Assembly (NCBI GenBank): GCA_039794085.1
Contig: JBDIWC010000052.1
Coordinates: 1-24,423, forward strand
Reading direction: 5' to 3'
Length of the DNA stretch: 24,423 nt
Source of the DNA: Gemmatimonadales bacterium
GTDB lineage: Bacteria; Gemmatimonadota; Gemmatimonadetes; Gemmatimonadales; GWC2-71-9
Below the pieces are notes generated by a model, which was not told the origin of the DNA, did no database searches, and saw only the letters and a program-made list of their open reading frames with translations. The position numbers were made by a program, and so were the translations under genes. Below are positions 1 to 7,757 of the stretch, one piece after another. Numbering within the stretch: the stretch's first letter is position 1; every line of letters begins with the position of its first letter.

Positions 1-1
1 G

Positions 2-164
2 AAGCCGGAAGAGCCCAACCCTGAAGTGGATGGACCCGTCTGGTGAACCCGAGCCAACTTGCTCCGTGGCCAAGCGGTTGGCGTTCCCCTGGGCGAAGGC
101 CCCGGGGAACCCACGCGACCCCGACGCGCCTCTGTGGTTCCGGCTCGGCCGGCTTGGGGAATAG
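2..164. repeat. Dispersed MITE/REP-like element, inverted copy of 24291-24423
   Basis: 32-164 is the reverse complement of 24291-24423 with 2 mismatches. Bounded by imperfect inverted motifs AAGCCGGAAGAGCCCAACC (2-20) and GGTTCCGGCTCGGCCGGCTT (136-155). The same motif opens each module at 4832-6438. Confidence 0.9.
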
Positions 165-234
165 CGAATGGGGACGGGGTACCCCTGGGAGCGCCGGGCG
201 GGAGCCCGGCGAGCACCAATGTCAAGATGCTCCC

Positions 235-756
235 TTACTCCCGCTTCTTCCGGTTGTAGGTGCCGTCAAAGATCGCGCGCCAGGTGGTTCCGCGGTCCGT
301 GGAGATCTCCCAGACCTGCCGCACCTGGTCGGGAGTGACCGGAGTCCAGGTGATCCGATCCAGGACCGGCCCATTCGGCGTCTGCCGAGCCGGCCCCGAG
401 AGCACCATCCGCCCCTCGACCAGACCACCGGAGAGATCGAGGATCGTCCCGCCGGCACCGACCCAATGCTGGGTCCACCGCTTCTCAGTGGGACGCCAGG
501 CGTTGATGCTCTTTCCCCCGCTCCCATTTCCCGCGGTCCAGTTCTCGAGAAGAGCACATCCTCCGGCGAAGGAGACGATTTCGTTGTGTCCCACAACCCT
601 GTCCTGTGCAGTCACCTCCCAGGAGCCGATCCAGAAGTCGAACTGATGGAACTCCGGTCCGGCGCAGGCAGGGGGAGGGCTCTTCTGGGCCGTAACCTCC
701 CGGGCGTGAACCACCACCGCGGTGAGCAGTATCGGGAGCAGCACACGGATCTTCAT
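235..756 (-). CDS. Exported conserved hypothetical protein (possibly DUF1579-like beta-barrel)
   Basis: 173-aa ORF with signal peptide MKIRVLLPILLTAVVVHA, motif CxxxEFHQFDFWIGxW and C-terminal WE.STD.GxTW..FDG.Y. Confidence 0.8.
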   Translation of the reverse strand: MKIRVLLPILLTAVVVHAREVTAQKSPPPACAGPEFHQFDFWIGSWEVTAQDRVVGHNEIVSFAGGCALLENWTAGNGSGGKSINAWRPTEKRWTQHWVGAGGTILDLSGGLVEGRMVLSGPARQTPNGPVLDRITWTPVTPDQVRQVWEISTDRGTTWRAIFDGTYNRKKRE

Positions 757-843
757 CTTGGGTTTCTCCAGGTTCAGGGGATCGTCTCATGCGACCGCTG
801 GTACCGCGCTATCTTCTGGGGGTCCTTCCTGGAGGCCGCTTCG

Positions 844-1704
844 ATGTCGTTGCCCCCGACCCGCCTGCACAGCGTCCTTGACACCCCTTTTCCCCTGACG
901 GACATCGAACGCCGGAGATTCGAGACCGACGGATTTGTGCATCTCCGAGGCGTTCTCGCTCCCTCCGCCGTCACCACCTGCGGCACCCGGATCACCCGGC
1001 TCGCCCTGGCGCTCGACCCCAACCGCCAGGTTCCCCTGGATCGGCGCGACACCTACGGCCAGGCCTTCATTCAGGTGGTCAACCTCTGGCTCAAGAGTCA
1101 TGTGGTTCGGGATTTCGTCTTCGGCCGGCGGCTCGCCCGGATCGCCGCAGAGTTGCTCGGGGTCGATGGGGTGAGACTCTGGCACGACCAGGCGCTCTAC
1201 AAGGAGCCGGGAGGCGGAATCACGCCATGGCACACCGACCAGTACTACTGGCCGATGGCCTCGGATCGCTGCGTCACCGCGTGGGTGCCGCTGCAGGAGA
1301 CCCCGATCCCGATGGGCCCCCTTGCCTTCGCGGCCGGGAGCCATCGGATCACGGCGGGTCGGGATCTTCCCATCGGCGATGCCAGCGAGCGCGCTCTCGA
1401 TGCCGCGGTGCGCGCCGCGGCGTGTCCGGTGGTTCAGGAACCGTTTGCTGCGGGAGACGTGTCGTTTCACCTTGGCTGGACCGCCCACCGGGCCGGCCCC
1501 AACACCTCCACCCTTCCCCGCGGGGTCATGACGATCATCTACATGGACGCCACGATGCGTCTCGCACCCCCCGCCAATCCGAACCAGGAGGCGGACTGGA
1601 AGGCCTTCTGCCCCGATGTGCAACCGGGCGACGTGATCGATGCGCCAATGACGCCGGTGATCTGGAGTCGGCATCCTCTCCAGGACGTAGGACTTAGGAC
1701 GTAG
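844..1704 (+). CDS. Phytanoyl-CoA dioxygenase (PhyH) family Fe(II)/2-oxoglutarate dioxygenase
   Basis: ATG at 844 with GGAGG at 831-835. Motifs FETDGFV, KEPGGGITPWHTDQYYWP (HxD), distal HRAGPN and R. Upstream part of the 43..1704 ORF is antisense shadow. Confidence 0.88.
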   Translation: MSLPPTRLHSVLDTPFPLTDIERRRFETDGFVHLRGVLAPSAVTTCGTRITRLALALDPNRQVPLDRRDTYGQAFIQVVNLWLKSHVVRDFVFGRRLARIAAELLGVDGVRLWHDQALYKEPGGGITPWHTDQYYWPMASDRCVTAWVPLQETPIPMGPLAFAAGSHRITAGRDLPIGDASERALDAAVRAAACPVVQEPFAAGDVSFHLGWTAHRAGPNTSTLPRGVMTIIYMDATMRLAPPANPNQEADWKAFCPDVQPGDVIDAPMTPVIWSRHPLQDVGLRT

Positions 1705-1740
1705 GACTCAGGATGTCCTATGTCCTATGTCCTATGTCCT
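1682..1740. repeat. Inverted heptamer tracts (TAGGACN)n / (TGTCCTA)n; possible bidirectional terminator
   Basis: About 4 TAGGAC(G/T) units followed directly by 4 TGTCCTA-type units, between convergent stop codons at 1704 and 1741. Confidence 0.85.
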
Positions 1741-2925
1741 CTAATACCGCGGGACGGCCGGATCCACCTCCTCACTCCAGGCGGCGATTCCTCCCGTGAG
1801 GTTCACCGGTCGCGGAAACCCGTGCTTCAGCATCAGCTTTGCCGCCCGGCGACTCCGGACTCCGGTCTTGCAGTAGAGTACCACCTCGCGCGTGCGATCC
1901 AGCGTGTGGAGGCTCTCCTCCAGTGCACCGAGGGGAACGAGCCGGGCCCCCGGAATCCGGGCGATGTCCCATTCGTGCTGTTCCCGAACATCGATCAGCT
2001 GTACCCTCGCCCCCTGCCCCAGACGCCGGGCGAGTTCCGTCACGGAAATCGCGCCGATCGTGCCCGTGGCCTCATCGTGGTCGCTGTCGTTTCCCGTGAG
2101 ACCGCAGAACGCCTCGTAGTCGATGAGCGCCTGGATCTCCCCGGTTCCGCAGGCGGGGCAGGTCGGATCCTTCCGCACCTCGATGCTTCGAAACCGCATC
2201 CGCACCGTGTCCACCAGCAAGAGCCTTCCCACCAGGGAGTCGCCGAGGCCGAGAATGAGCTTGATCGCCTCGGTGGCCTGGATGGTCCCCACGAGTCCGG
2301 GCAGCACGCCGAACACTCCCGCCTCCGCGCAGCTCGGCACCGATCCCGGGGGAGGGGGTTCGCGGAAGAGGCAGCGGTAACAGGGGCCGTCCGGATGGGC
2401 AAAGACCGACGCCTGGCCCTCGAAGCGGAAGATGCTCCCGTAGATGTTCGGAACGCCGAGCAGCACGCAGGCATCGTTGACGAGGTATCGGGTGGGAAAG
2501 TTGTCCGATCCGTCCACCACGAGGTCGAACCCCCGGGCGATCTCCAGCGCGTTGGTGCTGGTGAGACGGGTGTCGAACCGCTCGAGGATGACATGCGGGT
2601 TGATCTCCCGGAGACGGTCGCACGCCGAGTCGAGCTTGGCCCGGCCAACATCGCTGGTACCGTGAATGATCTGGCGATGGAGATTGGTAACGTCGACGGT
2701 GTCGAAGTCCACGAGCCCGAGGGTACCCACGCCCGCCGCGGCGAGGTACATCGCCGCCGGAGAGCCGAGCCCGCCGGTCCCCACCAGAAGGATCCGGGCC
2801 TGCTTGAGCCGGCGCTGGCCGTCGATGCCGACCTCCGGCAGGATCAGGTGGCGGCCGTACCGGAGGATCTCCTCGTTGGTCAGCTCCGGGAGCGGGATCG
2901 CGGACGGCGAAGGTCGGTGTGCCAT
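1741..2925 (-). CDS. moeB: Molybdopterin-synthase adenylyltransferase MoeB with C-terminal rhodanese (MoeZ/MoeBR type)
   Basis: RYGRHLILPEVG, GTGGLG nucleotide loop, NLHRQ, DGSDNFPTRY, CYRC and CPAC zinc motifs, rhodanese CKTGVRS. ATG 2925 chosen because the upstream extension is repeat-derived. Confidence 0.93.
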   Translation of the reverse strand: MAHRPSPSAIPLPELTNEEILRYGRHLILPEVGIDGQRRLKQARILLVGTGGLGSPAAMYLAAAGVGTLGLVDFDTVDVTNLHRQIIHGTSDVGRAKLDSACDRLREINPHVILERFDTRLTSTNALEIARGFDLVVDGSDNFPTRYLVNDACVLLGVPNIYGSIFRFEGQASVFAHPDGPCYRCLFREPPPPGSVPSCAEAGVFGVLPGLVGTIQATEAIKLILGLGDSLVGRLLLVDTVRMRFRSIEVRKDPTCPACGTGEIQALIDYEAFCGLTGNDSDHDEATGTIGAISVTELARRLGQGARVQLIDVREQHEWDIARIPGARLVPLGALEESLHTLDRTREVVLYCKTGVRSRRAAKLMLKHGFPRPVNLTGGIAAWSEEVDPAVPRY

Positions 2926-2976
2926 GACCCGGAATGTATCACCCTTCCCCATGCCAGCACCCCCGGCCCCAGGGCG

Positions 2977-3053
2977 TAGGACGTAGGACATAGGACGTAG
3001 GACATAGGACGTAGGACGTAGGACGTAGGACGTAGGACGTAGGATGTAGGACG
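2977..3053. repeat. Tandem heptamer tract (TAGGAC[G/A])x11
   Basis: Eleven consecutive 7-mers, one of them the variant TAGGATG. Confidence 0.95.
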
Positions 3054-3065
3054 TACCCAGCACTC

Positions 3066-3115
3066 AGGGCGACGCATGCGTTGCCCCTATCGCCCAACGC
3101 CTATCGCCTACCGCC
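3066..3115. repeat. GTAG-type REP-like palindrome plus CCTAYCG heptamers
   Basis: AGGGCGACGCATGCGTTGCCCCTA (3066-3089), then CCCAACG/CCTATCG/CCTACCG units abutting the OYE stop codon. Confidence 0.7.
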
Positions 3116-4213
3116 TCACAGTGCCGCCACCTCGCGCGTTGGGTAGTCGGTATACCCCTTTGCGTCTCCGCCGTAGAAAGTGGAGGGATCCGGCGGGTTG
3201 AGCGGTGCTCCCTCGGCGAAGCGCTCCACCAGATCGGGATTGGCCAGCATGGCGGTCCCATAGGCCACCAGGTCGGCTTCTCCATTCGCAATCGCCGCGT
3301 TTCCGCTCTCCCGGTCATATCCACCGTTCACCATCAGCGGCCCGCTGAATACGCCGCGGATGTGGGGAGTGACCCGCTCTCCCGCGCCTCCGAATGGGTG
3401 GTCCGGGGTGATCGCCTCCATCACGTGAAGATACGCGAGACCGAACCTCTCAAGCTGACGAGCGGCCTCGGTGAACGTGGCCACCGGGTTGCTGTCCCGC
3501 ATGTCGTTGAACGGGTTGTGGGGAGAGAGACGGACTCCGATCCGGCCCGGTTCCCACGCCCTCGTCACCGCGTCGACCACCTCCACCAGGAAACGAGCCC
3601 GGTTGGCCGCGCTTCCCCCGTACTCATCGGTGCGATGATTGCTCCCGTCGCGAAGGAACTGGTCGATCAGATACCCGTTGGCGCCGTGGATCTCGACCCC
3701 GTCGAACCCTGCCGCCCGGGCCCGCACCGTGGCGTCGGCCCAGGCCCCCACCAGACCGGGGATCTCGTCCTTCTCCAGCGCTCTCGGCGTGGGAAAGTCC
3801 TTCATCCCATCCGTGGTGAACAGTTGTCCCGCCGGCTTGATGGCGCTTGGTGCGATCGGCGTCTTCCCGGTCATCACGGGGTGGGAGATCCGGCCCACGT
3901 GCCAGAGCTGCACCACGATCCTGCCGCCCCGGGCGTGGACCGCATCGGTCACCCGCTTCCACGCCGCCTGCTGTTCGTCGGTATGGAGGCCCGGAGTGTT
4001 GGGGTAGCCCAGGCCGTCCTCCCTCACCTGGGTCGCCTCGGTGATGATGAGCCCCGCACTCGCGCGCTGGGCATAGTACTCCGCCACCAGATCGGTTGGG
4101 GCATGCCCTTCACCGGCCCGGTTGCGAGTGAGCGGAGCCATGACCACCCGGTTGGGGAGCTCAAGCCGCCCGGCGGTGAATGGGGTGAGGAGTGGTTGAA
4201 TCGTGTCGGTCAT
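3116..4213 (-). CDS. nemA: Old yellow enzyme family alkene reductase (NemA-like NADH:flavin oxidoreductase)
   Basis: NRVVMAPLTRNRA, EYYAQRASAGLIITE, QLWHVGR, EIHGANGYLIDQF, GYTDYP; GGAG RBS upstream. Confidence 0.93.
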   Translation of the reverse strand: MTDTIQPLLTPFTAGRLELPNRVVMAPLTRNRAGEGHAPTDLVAEYYAQRASAGLIITEATQVREDGLGYPNTPGLHTDEQQAAWKRVTDAVHARGGRIVVQLWHVGRISHPVMTGKTPIAPSAIKPAGQLFTTDGMKDFPTPRALEKDEIPGLVGAWADATVRARAAGFDGVEIHGANGYLIDQFLRDGSNHRTDEYGGSAANRARFLVEVVDAVTRAWEPGRIGVRLSPHNPFNDMRDSNPVATFTEAARQLERFGLAYLHVMEAITPDHPFGGAGERVTPHIRGVFSGPLMVNGGYDRESGNAAIANGEADLVAYGTAMLANPDLVERFAEGAPLNPPDPSTFYGGDAKGYTDYPTREVAAL

Positions 4214-4283
4214 TGTCCTGCTCCCTTACTGAAATGGTGATGCGAGCAACGTATAGGTATGAACCATGCGTCGAAAACAAAGA

Positions 4284-4712
4284 CTACCCCAGGTCGATGC
4301 CCTGGAGCTCTCCCCGCTCCCAGCTTCTATCCCTAAGCGCCTGTGAGACGGCGGCGTCGAGCCGGGACAGAATCGCGAGTCCCTCCACTATCCGGGTTCT
4401 CCCCAGGGCGGTGAGACCGGCCCGGATGCACCGGCGATCTTCCGGGTCCGGGATCCTCTGAACCAGGCCGTCGGACTCGAGCCGATCGACCAGCTGGGTG
4501 ATGTTGGACTTCACACACCCGCACCGCTCCGAGAGCGCAGTAAGTGGCAGGGGCTCCTCCGATTCCGAGAGGTGCCGGAGGAGCCCGACCTTGGCGAGAG
4601 ACAACCCCACTGCGGCGAGATCGGCGTCGGCACGGGCCTCGATGGAGTGGGCCGCACCAAGGAGCCGACCGATGGCAGGGTAGGGGTGGGCCGGGGTTTG
4701 GATGCTATTCAT
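4284..4712 (-). CDS. MarR family transcriptional regulator
   Basis: wHTH motifs SNITQLVDRLESDGLVQR and DPEDRR..LT..G. Start moved to ATG 4712, which lies just downstream of a clear promoter. Confidence 0.9.
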   Translation of the reverse strand: MNSIQTPAHPYPAIGRLLGAAHSIEARADADLAAVGLSLAKVGLLRHLSESEEPLPLTALSERCGCVKSNITQLVDRLESDGLVQRIPDPEDRRCIRAGLTALGRTRIVEGLAILSRLDAAVSQALRDRSWERGELQGIDLG

Positions 4713-4747
4713 AAGTGAATAGTACACCTAGGAAACGTCTATGTCAA
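4705..4747 (-). promoter_or_regulatory. Sigma70 promoter with overlapping palindromic operator (probable MarR site); leaderless start
   Basis: Minus strand TTGACA (4747-4742), N17, TACTAT (4724-4719), N6, ATG. Inverted repeat CTATTCA-TAAG-TGAATAG at 4705-4722. Confidence 0.8.
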
Positions 4748-4831
4748 TGAGAGGGGTGTTGGGGACGGGGTGTTGGGTTTTGGGTATTGGGTGGTTGTCT
4801 GGCCTCCGTCCTACGTCCTCTGTCCCAGGTC

Positions 4832-6438
4832 CTAAGCCGGCAGAGCCGGAACCCAACGGGGTGTCCTCAGGCTTGGCCTGGGTTCATGTACAGTCTGGAG
4901 CGCCTCTCCTACTCCCCGACAGCCAGCCACAAGAAGCACAAAAGGCACAAGACCACCACCCCGAGCGCCCACGCCCGCCACGCCCCCGAACGCAGACCGC
5001 ATCGGTGGTTCCGCCCCTTTCGTGACGGCGAGCCCCCCCTCGGGGTGTCGCCAGAGGCCCCGTTCTGCCACGGCGCTCCGCGACTCGAATACACCGGAGA
5101 CCTCGAAGCTGGATGCCTTCCCAAACGCCGTAAAACACGCTGCCCGTAAGGGTTTCCGGGCGTTGCCCAAAAATATTGTTGCTTTTTGTGTTCAAACTTG
5201 TCCGTAAGGGACTAAAGTCCTAAGTCCTAAGTCCTAAGCCGGCAGAGCCGGAACCAAATAGGCGCCTCGGGGTCGCGTGGGTTCCCCGGGGCTCTCGCCC
5301 GGGGAAACACCACTCGCCTCGACGCGGCGATCCGCGACGTGAACGCACCAAACGCCTCAAAGTTGGATGCCTTCCGGGGAGCCGTCAAACGCACTGCCGA
5401 CAAGCGTTTCCGGGCGGCCTCCGAAGTTTTGTTGTCGTTTTGCGTTCAATCTTGTCCGTAAGGGACTAAGCCGGCAGAGCCGGAACCACAGAGGGGCCTC
5501 GGGGTCGCGCGTGGGTTTTCTTCGGCATGGGTTCCAGTCCCTCTGGAGCCCTCTGCCCACCCCCAGAGCCAACCACAAGAAGCACAAAAGGCACAGAAAC
5601 CTCTCTCGCCCCGGTGGGACCCCATGCGCACCGAGGTGTGCCTCTTGTGACTTCTGTGCTTTTTGTGGCCACTCCCCTTGCACGGCGCGGCCGATACGAT
5701 CGCCGTGACCCGAACGGTCGGCGGGGGGGGGGCGGGAGTCGCCCACAATATTGTGGCCGTCTTGCGTTCAATCTTGTTCCGTAAGGGACTAAGCCGGCAG
5801 AGCCGGAACCACAGAGGGGCCTCGGGGTCGCGCGTGGGTTTTCTTCGGCATGGGTTCCAGTCCCTCTGGAGCCCTCTGCCCACCCCCAGAGCCAACCACA
5901 AGAAGCACAAAAGGCACAGAAACCTCTCTCGCCCCGGTGGGACCCCATGCGCACCGAGGTGTGCCTCTTGTGACTTCTGTGCTTTTTGTGGCCACTCCCC
6001 TTGCACGGCGCGGCCGATACGATCGCCGTGACCCGAACGGTCGGCGGGGGGGGGGCGGGAGTCGCCCACAATATTGTGGCCGTCTTGCGTTCAATCTTGT
6101 TCCGTAAGGGACTAAGCCGGCAGAGCCGGAACCACAGAGGGGCCTCGGGGTCGCGCGTGGGTTTTCTTCGGCATGGGTTCCAGTCCCTCTGGAGCCCTCT
6201 GCCCACCCCTAGAGCCAACCACAAGAAGCACAAAAGGCACAGAAACCTCCTCTCGCCCCGGTGGGACCCCATGCGTACCGAGGTGTGCCTCTTGTGACTT
6301 CTGTGCTTTTTGTGGCCACTCCCCTTGCACGGCGCGGCCGATACGATCGCCGTGACCCGAACGGTCGGCGGGGGGGGTCGGGAGTCGCCCACAATATTGT
6401 GGCCGTCTTGCGTTCAATCTTGTTCCGTAAGGGACTAA
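4832..6438. repeat. Array of five head-to-tail non-coding modules joined at CTAA, including three 323-bp tandem units
   Basis: Modules 4832-5215, 5234-5469, 5466-5792, 5789-6115, 6112-6438. Each begins CTAAGCCGGCAGAGCCGGAACC and ends TTG(C/T)GTTCAA(T/A)CTTGT(T)CCGTAAGGGACTAA. Confidence 0.93.
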
Positions 6439-6514
6439 TCTGCGTCCTATGTCCTGTGTTGGCCTCTGTCCTAGGCCCTAATCCCATGTCCTAGGTCCTC
6501 TCCCAGTCCATCAC

Positions 6515-6549
6515 TTGATCAGTATGAGATCATACTCTATCCTCATACC
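6515..6549 (+). promoter_or_regulatory. Leaderless sigma70-type promoter with palindromic operator for the RHH protein
   Basis: TTGATC (6515-6520), N17, TATCCT (6538-6543), N6, ATG. Palindrome AGTATGA-GA-TCATACT (6521-6536) plus a third TCATAC at 6543-6548. Confidence 0.75.
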
Positions 6550-6936
6550 ATGCCGAAGGCCCGTGTCACGATCACGATTCCCGAGGAACTCCTCGCCGCG
6601 GCGGACCGGCGGGCTCGGGATCTCGACCGGTCCCGGAGCTGGGTCATCGCGGACACGCTGCAGCGGGGCCTTTCGTCCAACGTCACCCCATCGCAGAACC
6701 GGTCGGCGGTCGTAAGAGAGCCCGTCGTCGGGTACCAGGCCGGGCTTGGTCCACAGCGGTTGGCGCAACTCGAAGCCGACCTCCGACTCACTCCGACGGA
6801 GCGAGTTCGCGTGGCCGAAAGCACGGCGAAGATTGGGCGACTGATCACACGCCCCGGACCGTCGAAGCGCGTCCTCATCTTCGACCGGTACGAGGATTAT
6901 CTCGAATGGGACCGCCGGGAGAGGATCCTGCGATGA
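6550..6936 (+). CDS. Ribbon-helix-helix (CopG-like) protein with C-terminal extension; putative antitoxin/regulator
   Basis: N-terminal RVTITIPEELLAAADRRA...SRSWVI RHH pattern; ATGA overlap with the next gene. Confidence 0.8.
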   Translation: MPKARVTITIPEELLAAADRRARDLDRSRSWVIADTLQRGLSSNVTPSQNRSAVVREPVVGYQAGLGPQRLAQLEADLRLTPTERVRVAESTAKIGRLITRPGPSKRVLIFDRYEDYLEWDRRERILR

Positions 6937-7400
6937 CCGACCAGTTCCAGACCCATCTCGCGGAAGTGTGCAGCGCTCTCAATCGGGAGGGCGCCCACTA
7001 TGTTCTCGTCGGTGGAGCCGCCTTGCAACTGTGGGGGACGACCCGCGCCACGCGGGATATCGATATTCTGATCGAAGCGACGGTCCCAAACGCCGAGCGG
7101 GTGCTGGAAGCCCTGGGACAGACAGGATTCGGACTTGCAAAGGAGTTCTTGGCCGAGGAGGTGGCCGCGAAGCATGTGACAATCATCGGCGATTTCCCCT
7201 GCGTGGACATCTTTACCGTCGCCTGGTCTGTTCACTACCCCGAGGCCATCACCGATGCGGTCTGGTTTGATCTGGAGGGTGTCTCGGTTCCGACCGCCTC
7301 CATCGAGCATCTTATCGCCTCAAAACGAACCAACCGTCTTCAAGATGCCGCCGACATCGAAGTGCTGGAGGAGATCAGGAGGCTGCGGAGAGAAGTTTGA
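6933..7400 (+). CDS. Pol-beta-type nucleotidyltransferase (DUF6036/AbiEii-like), putative toxin
   Basis: VLVGGAAL...RATRDIDILI (GG and DxD), VDIF, C-terminal LIASK...RLQDAADI. ATG at 6933 overlaps the upstream TGA. Confidence 0.83.
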   Translation: MTDQFQTHLAEVCSALNREGAHYVLVGGAALQLWGTTRATRDIDILIEATVPNAERVLEALGQTGFGLAKEFLAEEVAAKHVTIIGDFPCVDIFTVAWSVHYPEAITDAVWFDLEGVSVPTASIEHLIASKRTNRLQDAADIEVLEEIRRLRREV

Positions 7401-7690
7401 AGTTCGAAGTTCGAAGTTTGAAGTGACCTCTCCCGCACCCCGTCACCCCTGGCGCCCTTGCGCCTTCGTGCCTTTGCGTTGAAGCAGTTCCATGAACATC
7501 GCAATCCGGACGACGGGAGCAGTGTTAGGTTTCCAGCGTTCACACCACCCCTCACCCCACGTTGGTCGGGGCAGGAACCGGTCCCGGACTCCATCTCCCT
7601 CGGCGCCCCTGCGCCTTCGCGTTGAAGCAGTTCCATGAACGTCGAGGTCGCGACAACGGGGTGTAGAGGCCGTTCGTGAACGGCCCGCAC
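7392..7690. repeat. Composite repeat region: GAAGTTY heptamers, 22-bp direct repeat, GTAG-type REP
   Basis: GAAGTT(T/C) x4 at 7392-7419; GCGTTGAAGCAGTTCCATGAAC at 7476-7497 and 7619-7640; GTAGAGGCCGTTCGTGAACGGCCCGCAC at 7663-7690. Confidence 0.82.
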
Positions 7691-7757
7691 TGCACCCTGC
7701 AACCTCCTCAGATCCCTCTCTTCTCTCAGGATGACCCCCGTGTCATTCCTGCATGGC

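Noticed and set aside
43..843. N-terminal half of the 553-aa ORF
   Set aside because: Antisense to the 235-756 gene and begins in a repeat; a good RBS and ATG exist at 844.
2926..3063. Repeat-peptide N-terminal extension of MoeB (and the similar extensions at 10190-10408 and 11604-11684)
   Set aside because: Translations of heptamer tracts; downstream ATGs match family N-termini, signal peptides or promoter positions.
5466..6438. CRISPR array
   Set aside because: Units are 323 bp and nearly identical throughout; there are no unique 25-45 bp spacers and no cas genes.
4832..6438. Integron attC cassette array or DGR template/variable repeats
   Set aside because: No RYYYAAC/GTTRRRY core pairs at the boundaries, no cargo ORFs, integrase or reverse transcriptase, and the differences are not adenine-specific.
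4741..6494. Multiple ORFs in the repeat array (e.g. 5466..6392, 5446..6069)
   Set aside because: These are translations of repeat DNA (HKKHKRH, FCAFCASC, GSGSAGL) with no RBS or domain, and frames shift between units.
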